Shown here piece after piece: positions 52,789 through 64,000 of a stretch of 64,000 bases of DNA. The stretch lies in assembly GCF_009914755.1 (NCBI RefSeq), contig NC_060925.1; one strand, 5' to 3'. The stretch's first letter is position 1, and each line of letters starts with the position of its first letter. Below the pieces are notes generated by a model. It was not told where the DNA came from. It ran no database searches and saw nothing but the letters and a program-made list of their open reading frames with translations. The DNA comes from the human T2T-CHM13v2.0 reference genome, Homo sapiens. Made by a program: the position numbers and the translations under genes.

Positions 52789-55457
52789 TGATCCGCCCAC
52801 CTCGGCCTCCCAAAGTGCTGGGATTACAGGCATGAGCCACCACACCAAGACTTATTTTTTGTTGTTTTTTGAGTCTCATTTTGTCAGCTAGGCTGGAGTG
52901 CAGTGGCATGATCTCAGCTCACTGCAACTTCCACCTCCCATGCTCAAGTGGATCCTCCCGCCTCAGCCTCCCAAGTGCTGGGACTACAGGGCCCAGCTAA
53001 TTTTTGTATTTTTTTGTAGAGACTGGGTTTGGCCATGTCACCCAGGCTAGTCTCAAACTCCTGGACTCAAGCCATCTACCCACCTCGGCTTCCTGAAGTG
53101 TTGGGATTACAGGTGTGAGCTACTGCCCCCAGCCCATTCATTATTATTATTATTTTTTATAGAGGCCGTGTCTCACTATGTTGGTCAGGCTGGTCTTGAA
53201 CTCCTGGGCCCAGGTGATCCTTCCACCTCAGCCTCCCAAAGTGCTGAGATTACAGGTGTGAGCCACTGCACTTGGCCCCATCCATTATTTTTAAGGGCTT
53301 GTAAAAATGACAGAAATGTAAGATTACAATATATTATAAAAAAGATAGAAATATGATTGTAATACATTATGAAAAATACAAGGATTGAAATTATATAAGC
53401 TCCCAATACAATATAGAAAAGGAAGTCATTAATTCTATTTGGGGAAAATAGAAATTGGATGATCAGAAAAGCTTTCTGGGGCTGGGCGTGGTAGCTCATG
53501 CCTGTAATCCCAGCACTTTGGAAGGCCGAGGTGGGCAAGTCACTTGAGGTCAGGAGTTCAAGATCAGCCTGACCAACATGGTGAAACCCCATTTCTACTG
53601 AAAAATACAAAAAGAATCAGCCAGGCATGGTGACGTCTGCTTGTAGTCCCAGCTGCTCGGGAGGCTGAGGCAGGAGAATGGCTTGAACCCAGGAGGCAAA
53701 GGTTGCAGTGAGATTGCACCACTGCACACCAGCCTGGGCGATAGAGCGAGACTCTGTCTAAAAAAATAAATAAATAAATAAAAGAATTACATCAAATTTT
53801 ATCCCTTCTTAGCACAAATTTTTTTTTAACTTGGCATAGAATTCAGAGCCAGGAAATTGTGTTGAACTAACTTTCCAAATAAAATTTAGCATGTCATTCT
53901 ATTATGAACGTATGCCACAAACCACAATAGTATTAGCATTAGTAGTACCTGTGACTTCACAACCAAAAAAACCACAGGTATTTTCATTTCACATAACAGT
54001 TGCTGCAGACAACTCAAAATTTCATTTATAGTCATTAGTACCTCTAAAATTATCTTAATAGGTATGCTCATTGCTATATCTTGTTCTTTAATTAGTTAAT
54101 AAAGAAGCATATACATTACTGTATTACAAATTTGCTTTTAAAATATTTTGTTAGGTATTTCAATACTCAGAGTTTCCTTTTAATCCAAAATATTTTATGC
54201 ATTTAAAAACACTGTTCTGAAAATGGGTCCCTGGGTTTCTCCACACTGCCAAAGAGTCAATGGCACAAAAACAGAAGTTAGGAACTTCTTCTTAGGAATC
54301 TTTGATGATACCTGCCCATTCGTCTCCTTTTCTCTCCTATCCAACAAACCCATCGTTCTGAATTAGGTGTCCCTCCTTTGTCTTCTTTTTGATTTCCCAT
54401 TGTAACTTCTGCATGCCTCCTTGATATTCTTGTCTGGTCTCAACTAATCCTTGGAGCTCTCTGAGCACTGGAATCATGCTGATCATTGCTGTATGCACAG
54501 TGCCCTACAGGGAGTGAATGCTTATATTAATAATAAGCAGTTGTTGAATTAATCAGTCTATTAGAACACAAAACCCCAAGTATCTACAAGGTACTAAGAC
54601 AACTGCAGACTCAGTAATGAGATGCTAAATAAACTTCTTAAATAATCCCAATATAACTACACTGAAATTAGCTGCTACACTCTTGAATTCTTACATGAAG
54701 CCAAAGAGTAGATATATCATTTAGGACTTTTTGTTTTTCATGTAGAAGTAACAATAAATTCAATTGAAACAGGGTTAAATTAAAGGAATGTATTGACTTA
54801 CATACCAGAAAGGTGCAGAGATAAGTCTTCAAGAGTGGCCCCTCAGGATCCCATGTCAGTTTTTCAGTGAATCTCTCGGTGTTTCTCTCTGTATGAGGAG
54901 TCCTCCTCAGGCCTGCTTCCTTCAAGAACACAAGATAACTGCCAGCAGGTAAAAGCAGCCACGTGCTTCCTCCTTAAGGTCCAAAGGAGTTCCTGCTCCC
55001 ACATAAATCTGGAGTATGACAGTTACAAGATAACTCAGTCCAATCTGTGTCCCAGAGAACGGTGATTGGCTCAAGCCTGGGTTATCTGACAAACCCCTGT
55101 GAAGGAGGGGTTACTCAGATTAGTTTCACCCAATCAGGATTGATCTCGGAGCCGGAGGTGGGGCCCAGCTCTCCAAACAGTGAACTGTTTCATAATGGGA
55201 ATGAGGTGGGGAATAATGTTGGAGAGACAAATGCAAGAGTGGTCAGCAAAAGTACTATATCCAAAGACTTAAAACAGGATTTTGCTTCAAAAAAATCTGT
55301 TATCACAGTGTCTTGAATTCAATATGATAAAATATGTAGTGATTATCAATTATATCAATATGTAATGAGTAAATAACTTCACTGGTAAACACTGTATTTA
55401 CTTTTTATTCAAATTTTACAAGATAGAATGCAATCCATCAATTCAAGTATAGAACTA

Positions 55458-55811
<354 letters not shown>

Positions 55812-57786
55812 CTACAAATTAGCAAATTAATTTCTCTCCTGGTGTAGTTAACTCAATAATGCTCAATTTGCCTTGAATAGCAAAAAGCTTCTGAAAAATG
55901 AATGTTTTTCAACTTTTTCTAATGAGAGTTTTGTTAGATAGTTATGTGCTCACCAACACCAAACACTGACTAGACAGTTAAATCTGTCTCTAAGAAAGAA
56001 CGTTGTGAATTTTGCCAGAAATTTATGTATCTCTATTAGCCCTACACAAAGCACCTAATCCCTGTCCTGGTGTCTTCATTTAACAAAAGCAGTAGTATGG
56101 TAACATGAAATACAGAACAGCAGTACTGTACAAAATAAAATCTCACTCGTTATATTTTTTAAATATATCAACAGACTTCCAATTAGGATCTGTAGTTACT
56201 AACCTTACTCAATTCTCATTGCATTGCATACTAATAATGTTTCTAATGTAAATATTAGTGCAAGTTTAGTCTACATCTTTTTTCTTTCATCTTCTCTGAA
56301 GATTTGTGTTTTATATTCTCACAATAATCTGGAATATGATTTCCTACATTCCACAATGGTTGAACAAGATCTAGGAGTATTTTGTTTGATAGATGATAGG
56401 GCTATCTAACTAATGAGGTAATTGTCTCTGAAATCTGACGACACAGCAGTACACTGACAGATGAAAATAACAAACCATGTAAATCAATACTTAATTCACA
56501 CATTTTACTTCCATCTCCCTGGGTCTCAGTATTTTTCTCTTTCCTCTAAATCTGCCCCCTTCCTTTCTCAGAGGCAATGCAGAGCACTTTCCCTTTCTTC
56601 TACGGTTTCTGATCAGTGGTTATCAGTGATTTTGTAAAATTTCTCTTAAGTAATCAGAAAAAAAATCTGAGAAGCAGGGGTTGCCAAGGAAACCAGAGCC
56701 AATAACAGCTGGAAGTTCCTGAAGGAAGAAATTCCTTTGAGACAGATAAAACCTACAGACTGATTTGGAGGAAGAAGGAGAAAAAATGCCAGGAGCACAG
56801 TGAAAGGCTGAGTCAATGAGATGAAAAGGAAAAGATAAAGTGAAACATTCATAATTAAAATTATTTTTAGATCGACAAAGGCTAGAAACAAGAGAATTAG
56901 AACAGAGACAGGAATGGGTTTTTTAGTGAAAGAAGAGGTTAAGACACAATGGGTAGGCCCAACACTTTGGAAGACCGAGGCAGGCGGATCACTTGGGGCC
57001 AGGAGTTCGAGACCAGACTGGCCAACATGACGAAAACCCATCTCTACTAAAAATATAAAAATTAGCCAGGCTTGGTGGTACATGCCTATAATCCCAGTTA
57101 CTACAGAGGCCGAGCAGGAGAAATGCTTGAACCTGGCAAGCGGAGGTTACAGTGAGCCGAGATCCAGCCTGGGTGACAGGGCAAGACTGTCTCAAAAAAA
57201 AAAAAAAGGCACAATGGGTAGTGTGTAAGAGATTAAATGGTATAGATAGACAAGGGTCAGTACATGTGTCCATAGCTTCCTGAATATGTTTTATTTTAAA
57301 TTACTTTATTGCTCAGAATATATGTAACTACATCTGTATCTGTAGTCTAAATACTCCGGGCTGGGCGCAGTGGCTCACGCCTATAATCCTAGCACTTGGG
57401 GAGGCCGAGGCGGGTGGATCACCTGTGGTCAGGAGTTCGAGACCAGCCTGGCCAACATGGCCAAACCCCATATTGTATTTTTAGTCTCTCCTAAAAATAC
57501 AAAAATTAGCTGGGCGTGGTGGCAGGCGCTTGTAATCCCAGCTACTCGGAAGGCTGAGGCAGGAGAATCACTTTTACCTGGGGGCAGAGGTTGCGGTAAG
57601 CCGAGATCATGCCACTGCCCTCCAGCCTGGGTGACAGAGCAAGACTCCATCTCAAAAATAAAATAAAATAAAAATTCCTCAAGAACAACTAACTCAAAAC
57701 TTCCAAAATGAAACTCATCTCCATCAGCAATCTCACTGACCAAATCCATATTTCACTTCTCATTACCTTTGACTCCTCCCTTGCCA

Positions 57787-58136
57787 TGAGGCAGGAAAAT
57801 AGGGTCTGGAGGCAGGGAACACAAGGCCAATTCACACTTCAGCTATGACAGGAAATATCCTCTCTATGAGATGTATGCTGTAAATAACTTTGTAATTTTA
57901 CTTCATCCTCTCCATTTACATAGGGTGTAACACAAGTAACCAATGGAATCCTCTAGGGGGTATTTACACTCCCCAAAAAATCTGTAACAGGTCCTTTGAA
58001 CCCCTATGCTGCTCCCACGCTGTGGAGTGTACTTTCATTTTCAATAAAACCCTTCATTCTTCCTTGCTTTGTTTGTGCGTTTTGTCCAATTCTTTGTTCA
58101 AGATGCCAAGAACCTGGACCCCCTCCACTGTTAACA
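57787..58136 (+). mobile_element. MER61-like solo LTR (~350 bp)
   Basis: TGAGGCAGGAAAATAGGGTCTGGAGGCAGGGAAC...TTAACA with an internal AATAAA; 4-bp TSD GCCA on both sides. Confidence 0.8.
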
Positions 58137-58229
58137 GCCATAAACCCCACATTCAGCCAGTCACAAAATCTTGACCTTTCTACCTACTGCAGAGCTCTAA
58201 AATGGAACTCTTTCTCTTGATTTTTCCAC

Positions 58230-59143
<914 letters not shown>

Positions 59144-59257
59144 CCACTAGCCATATTTGGGTTCAGGCTACTATCACTTGAAACTGTCTCCTAACTGATC
59201 TGTGACTCCCATTTCCCACCTGTGCTTGCACACACAAAACCTCACATCACTCACCCC

Positions 59258-60699
<1,442 letters not shown>

Positions 60700-60952
60700 C
60701 TCACCCCTCAACCATTTGTTTGAGTTGTTTAGAGTTATGGATATAGTTAAAGTACGAAGCCAAATGTGTGGGAATAATAACGCCAAATTCAAGATAGTGG
60801 TTTCAATGGAGCACGAAGGAGAAAAACACCATCAGGGGTATATAAGAAAATTCTACTGTGTGTGTTTGTATTGTATATGTATTTTTAATTTTTGCTTTTT
60901 AGGTTTTTCCTCTTTTTAAAGAGTACTTATGTGATTTTTTTTTCTGTGATAG

Positions 60953-61040
60953 GTCTTGTCAACGGAAAGGGGTCCCTATCCAGACCCCAAGAGAGCATTC
61001 TTGGATCTCTTGCAAGAAAGAATTTGAGGCGAATCCATAG
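60953..61040 (+). CDS. HHLA3: HHLA3 ORF, exon 2 part (ends at TAG; 114 aa in total)
   Basis: ttttttttctgtgatag|G TCT TGT CAA CGG...AAT CCA TAG gives (R)SCQRKGVPIQTPREHSWISCKKEFEANP*; 257+88=345 nt; candidate donor aag|gtaaaa at 61047. Confidence 0.8.
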
Positions 61041-62052
61041 AGTAAGGTAAAAGCAAGTTTATTAAGAAAGTAAAGGAATAAAGAATGGCTACTCCATAGA
61101 CAGAGCAGTGGCACAGGCTGCTCAACTAAGAATACTCAGTTATTTTTGTATACCCTAAACACGGGGTGGATTATTCATGAGTTTTCCAGGAAAGGGGTAG
61201 GCAATTCCTGAAACTGAGGGTTCCTCTCCTTTTTAGACCATATAGGGTAATTTCCTGACATTGCCATGGCATTTGTAAACTGTCATGGTGCTGGTGGGAG
61301 TGTCTCTTAGCATGCTAATGTATTATAATTAGCATATAATGAGCAGTGAAGATGACCAAGAGGTCACTTTTGTTATATATAAAGTTTTGGTGCCACAAAA
61401 GAAGTAGCACTCGAATATAAAATTTTCTTTTTAATTCTCAGCAAGGCAAGTTACTTCTATATAGAAGGGTGCACCCTTACAGATCAAACAATGGTAAGCG
61501 CTCATTTGGACAAGGGAGGGGAAGGGGTTCTTATCCCTGAAGCACGTGGCCCCTGTTGCTGTGTCATTCCCCTATTGGCTAGGGTTAGACTGCACAGCCT
61601 AAACTAATTCCGATTGGCTAATTTAAAGAGAATGAAGGGGTGAGTGCTTTGGCGGGAGTCAGGGCAGAGCAGGTAGCAGGTAATTGGAATGAGTTAGGGT
61701 GGAGCCAGTGATTGGAATGTAGGGTGGAGCAGGTGATCAGAATGAGTCAGGGTGGAGTAGGTAATTGAAAAAGATTGCTTTATGAGGAAGTTTAAAAGTA
61801 GAAGGCAAAGAATTGAACATACTGACATATTAATTCTTTGAAAAGAAATTTAGAACTCATATCTAACACCATCTTGCTTTTGGTGGGTTTTGGCTGGCTT
61901 CTTTACCGCATGCTGTTTTATCAGCAAGGTCTTTGTGACTTGTATTGTGCCGACCTCCTTAACTTCCTGGGAATGCAGCCTAGTAGGTCTCAGCCTTAGT
62001 TTACCCAGCCGCTATTCAAGATGGAGTCACCCTGTTTCAAACACCTCTGATA
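60957..62052 (-). mobile_element. MER41B-like solo LTR (ERV1), interrupted by an LTR10 element
   Basis: Both ends match the recalled MER41B consensus (…GGACCCCTTTCCGTTGACA end, TATCAGAGGTGTTTGAAAC start on the minus strand); 4-bp TSD GTCT at 60953-60956 and 62053-62056. Confidence 0.85.
61371..61868 (-). mobile_element. LTR10 (LTR10A/F-like, HERV-IP10) solo LTR nested in MER41B
   Basis: Minus strand starts TGTTAGATATGAGTTCTAAATTTC; ~28-bp repeat array CTCCACCCTGACTCATTC; ends ...TATATATAACA. Confidence 0.8.
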
Positions 62053-62125
62053 GTCTTGCTCTGTCACCCAGGCTGGAGTGTTGTTGGTTCACTGGAACAC
62101 GAGTATTTATGTTTTATTTCTTAAG

Positions 62126-62530
62126 CTTAGTGATGTGTGTCAGACCTCTGAGCCCAAGCAAAGCCATCATATCCCCTGTGACCTGCATGTATACATCCAG
62201 ATGGCCTGAAGCAAGTGAAGAATCACAAAAGAAGTGAAAAGGGCCGGTTCCTGCCTTAACTGATGACATTCCACCATTGTGATTTGTTCCTGCCCCACCT
62301 TAACTGAGCGATTAACCTGTGAACTTCCTTCTCCTGGCTCAGAAGCTTCCCCACTGAGCACCTTGTGACCCCCGCCCCTGCCTGCCATAGAACAACCCCC
62401 TTTGATTGTAATTTTCCTTTACCTACCCAAATCCTATAAAACGGCCCCACCCCTATCTCCCTTCGCTGACACTCTCTTTGGACTCAGCCTGCCTGCACCT
62501 AGGTGATTAAAAAGCTTTATTGCTCACGCA
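62126..62530 (+). other. HHLA3: Probable HHLA3 terminal exon running into the HERV-H LTR
   Basis: Acceptor gttttatttcttaag| at 62125; ATTAAA at 62506 in the LTR; HHLA3 is known to be polyadenylated in a HERV-H LTR. 3' end approximate. Confidence 0.65.
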
Positions 62531-62570
62531 AAGCCTGTTTGGTGGTCTCTTCAGACGGACATGCATGACA
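62138..62570 (+). mobile_element. HERV-H 5' LTR (LTR7 family, ~433 bp)
   Basis: Starts TGTCAGACCTCTGAGCCCAAGC, ends ...ATGACA; TATAAA at 62435; ATTAAA at 62506; followed directly by the PBS. Confidence 0.93.
62506..62511 (+). terminator. ATTAAA polyadenylation signal in the HERV-H LTR R region
   Basis: ggtgATTAAAaagctttattgctcac followed by the GT-rich tgtttggtggtct. Confidence 0.75.
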
Positions 62571-62572
62571 TT

Positions 62573-62590
62573 TGGTGCCGTGACTCAGAT
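62573..62590 (+). other. Primer-binding site complementary to tRNA-His
   Basis: TGGTGCCGTGACTCAGAT, one mismatch to TGGTGCCGTGACTCGGAT; this PBS defines HERV-H. Confidence 0.9.
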
Positions 62591-63111
62591 CAGGGGACCT
62601 CCCTTGGGAGATCAATCCGCTGTCCTCCTGCTCTTTGCTCTATGAGAAAGATCCACCTACGACCTCTGGTACTCAGACCAACCAGCCCAAAGAACATCTC
62701 ACCAATTTTAAATTGGGTAAGCGGCCTCTTTTTACTTTCTTCTCCAACCTCTCTCACTATCCCTAAACCTCTTTCTCCTTTAAATCTTGGCACCATCCTT
62801 CAATCTCTCTCTTCTCTTAATTTCAGTTCCTTTCCTTTTCTGGTAGAGACAGAGGAGATGCGTTTTATCCATGAACCCAAAACTCCAGCGCCGGTCACAG
62901 ACTCGGGAAGACAGTCTTCCCTTGGTGTTTAATTACTGTGGGGATGCCTGCTTGATTATTCACCCACATTTCAGAGGTCTCTGATCACTGGGGACACCTG
63001 CCTTGATCCTTCACCCTTAGTGGCAAGCACACTTTCCTGGGGGGCAAGCACCCCCCATCCCTTCTCTCCGTGTCTCTACCCTCTCTTTTCTCTGGGCTTG
63101 CCTCCTTCACT

Positions 63112-64000
63112 ATGGGCAACCTTCCACCCTCCAGTCTTCCTTCTTCTCCCTTAGCCTGTGTTCTCAAGAACTTAAAACCTCTTCAACTCACACTTGATCT
63201 AAAACCGAAATGTCTTATTTTCTTCTGCAATACCACTTGACCCCAATACAAACTCGACAATGGTTCCAAATAGCCAGAAAACAGCACTTTCAATTTTTCC
63301 ATCCTACAAGATCTAGATAATTCTTGTCATAAAATGGGCAAATGGTCTGAGGTGCCTGATGTCCAGGCATTCTTTTACACATCAGTCCCTCCCTAGTCTC
63401 TGTTCCCAATGCGACTCATCCGAAATCCTTCTTTCCCTCCTGCCTGTCCCCTCAGTCCCAACCCCAAGTGTCACTGAGTCTTTTCAATCTTCCTTTTCTA
63501 CCGACCCATCTGACCTCTCCCCTCCTCCCCAGACTGCTCTTCCTCAGGTCACTCCCCGCCACGCTGAATCAGGCTCTGATTCTTCCTCAGCCTCTGCTCC
63601 CCCACCCTATAATCCTTCTATCACCTCCCCTCCTCACACCAGGTCCAGCTTACAGTTTCATTCTGTGACTAGCCCTCCCCCACCTGCCCAGCAATTTCCT
63701 CTTAAAGAGGTGGCTGGAGCTAAAGGCATAGTCAAGGTTAGTGCTCCTTTTTCTTTATCCGACCTCTCCCAAATCAGTTAGCATTTAGGCTCTTTTTCAT
63801 CAAATATAAAAACCCAGCCTGGTTCATGGCTTGTTTTGCAGCAACCCTGAGAAGCTTTACAACCCTAGACCCTGAAAGGTCAGAAGGCCGTCTTATTCTC
63901 AATATGCACTTTATTACTCAATCTGCTCCCAACATTAAATAAAGCTCCAAAAATTAGATTCTGGCCCTCAAACCCCACAACATGACTTAATTAATCTCAC
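63112..64000 (+). pseudogene. gag: Defective HERV-H gag
   Basis: ATG GGC AAC gives MGNLPPSSLPSSPLACVLKNLKPL...; stops TGA 63238 and TAG 63271; a downstream frame holds the PPPY late-domain motif and PLKEVAGAKGIVKVSAPFSLSDL. Confidence 0.85.

Larger units (their letters stand above)
62571..64000 (+). mobile_element. HERV-H internal region (leader and gag), continues past the window edge
   Basis: PBS, major splice donor gg|gtaagc at 62717, C/T-rich leader, gag-like sequence. Confidence 0.9.

Noticed and set aside
57787-58136. Possible p53 response element in the MER61 LTR
   Set aside because: Some MER61 subfamilies carry p53 sites, but no RRRCWWGYYY pair is visible in this copy
61640-61770. 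Regularly spaced ~28-bp repeats that could look like a CRISPR-type array
   Set aside because: There are no unique spacers; this is the internal tandem repeat of LTR10 in eukaryotic DNA
61367-61872. Target-site duplication for the LTR10 insertion (and for the plus-strand MER4 LTR)
   Set aside because: The flanks do not match (cttt vs ccat; cttc vs cctt), so no TSD is claimed

Overview
Primate genomic DNA, most likely human: AT-rich and very Alu-dense, with one CpG island. The minus strand carries the 5' part of ANKRD13C. Coding exons 1-6 were reconstructed from the sequence with GT-AG boundaries and consistent phases, and the gene continues off the left edge. A bidirectional CpG-island promoter at about 48.5-49.6 kb also drives the plus-strand HHLA3 (ANKRD13C-DT) transcript. 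Its 114-aa ORF is built from CpG-island and L2 sequence plus an exon whose acceptor comes from an antisense Alu fragment and whose body is a MER41B-like LTR; the transcript can end at the ATTAAA of a HERV-H 5' LTR. The right-hand 6.2 kb is a nested transposon pile-up: MER61, two oppositely oriented MER4 LTRs, a MER53 MITE with an 8-bp TSD, MER41B interrupted by LTR10, and a HERV-H provirus with a tRNA-His PBS and defective gag. The best new hypotheses are: (1) an ANKRD13C uORF encoding a signal/presequence-like peptide, whose stop overlaps the main AUG and which can be spliced in frame to exon 2 through an internal GTGAGC donor; (2) an apparently in-frame 42-nt cassette exon in intron 5; (3) a composite GAS/AP-1 LTR enhancer overlapping HHLA3 exon 2. 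Repeat family names come from recalled consensus sequences and need Dfam/RepeatMasker confirmation. Almost all ORFs in the supplied track are Alu- or AT-derived noise.
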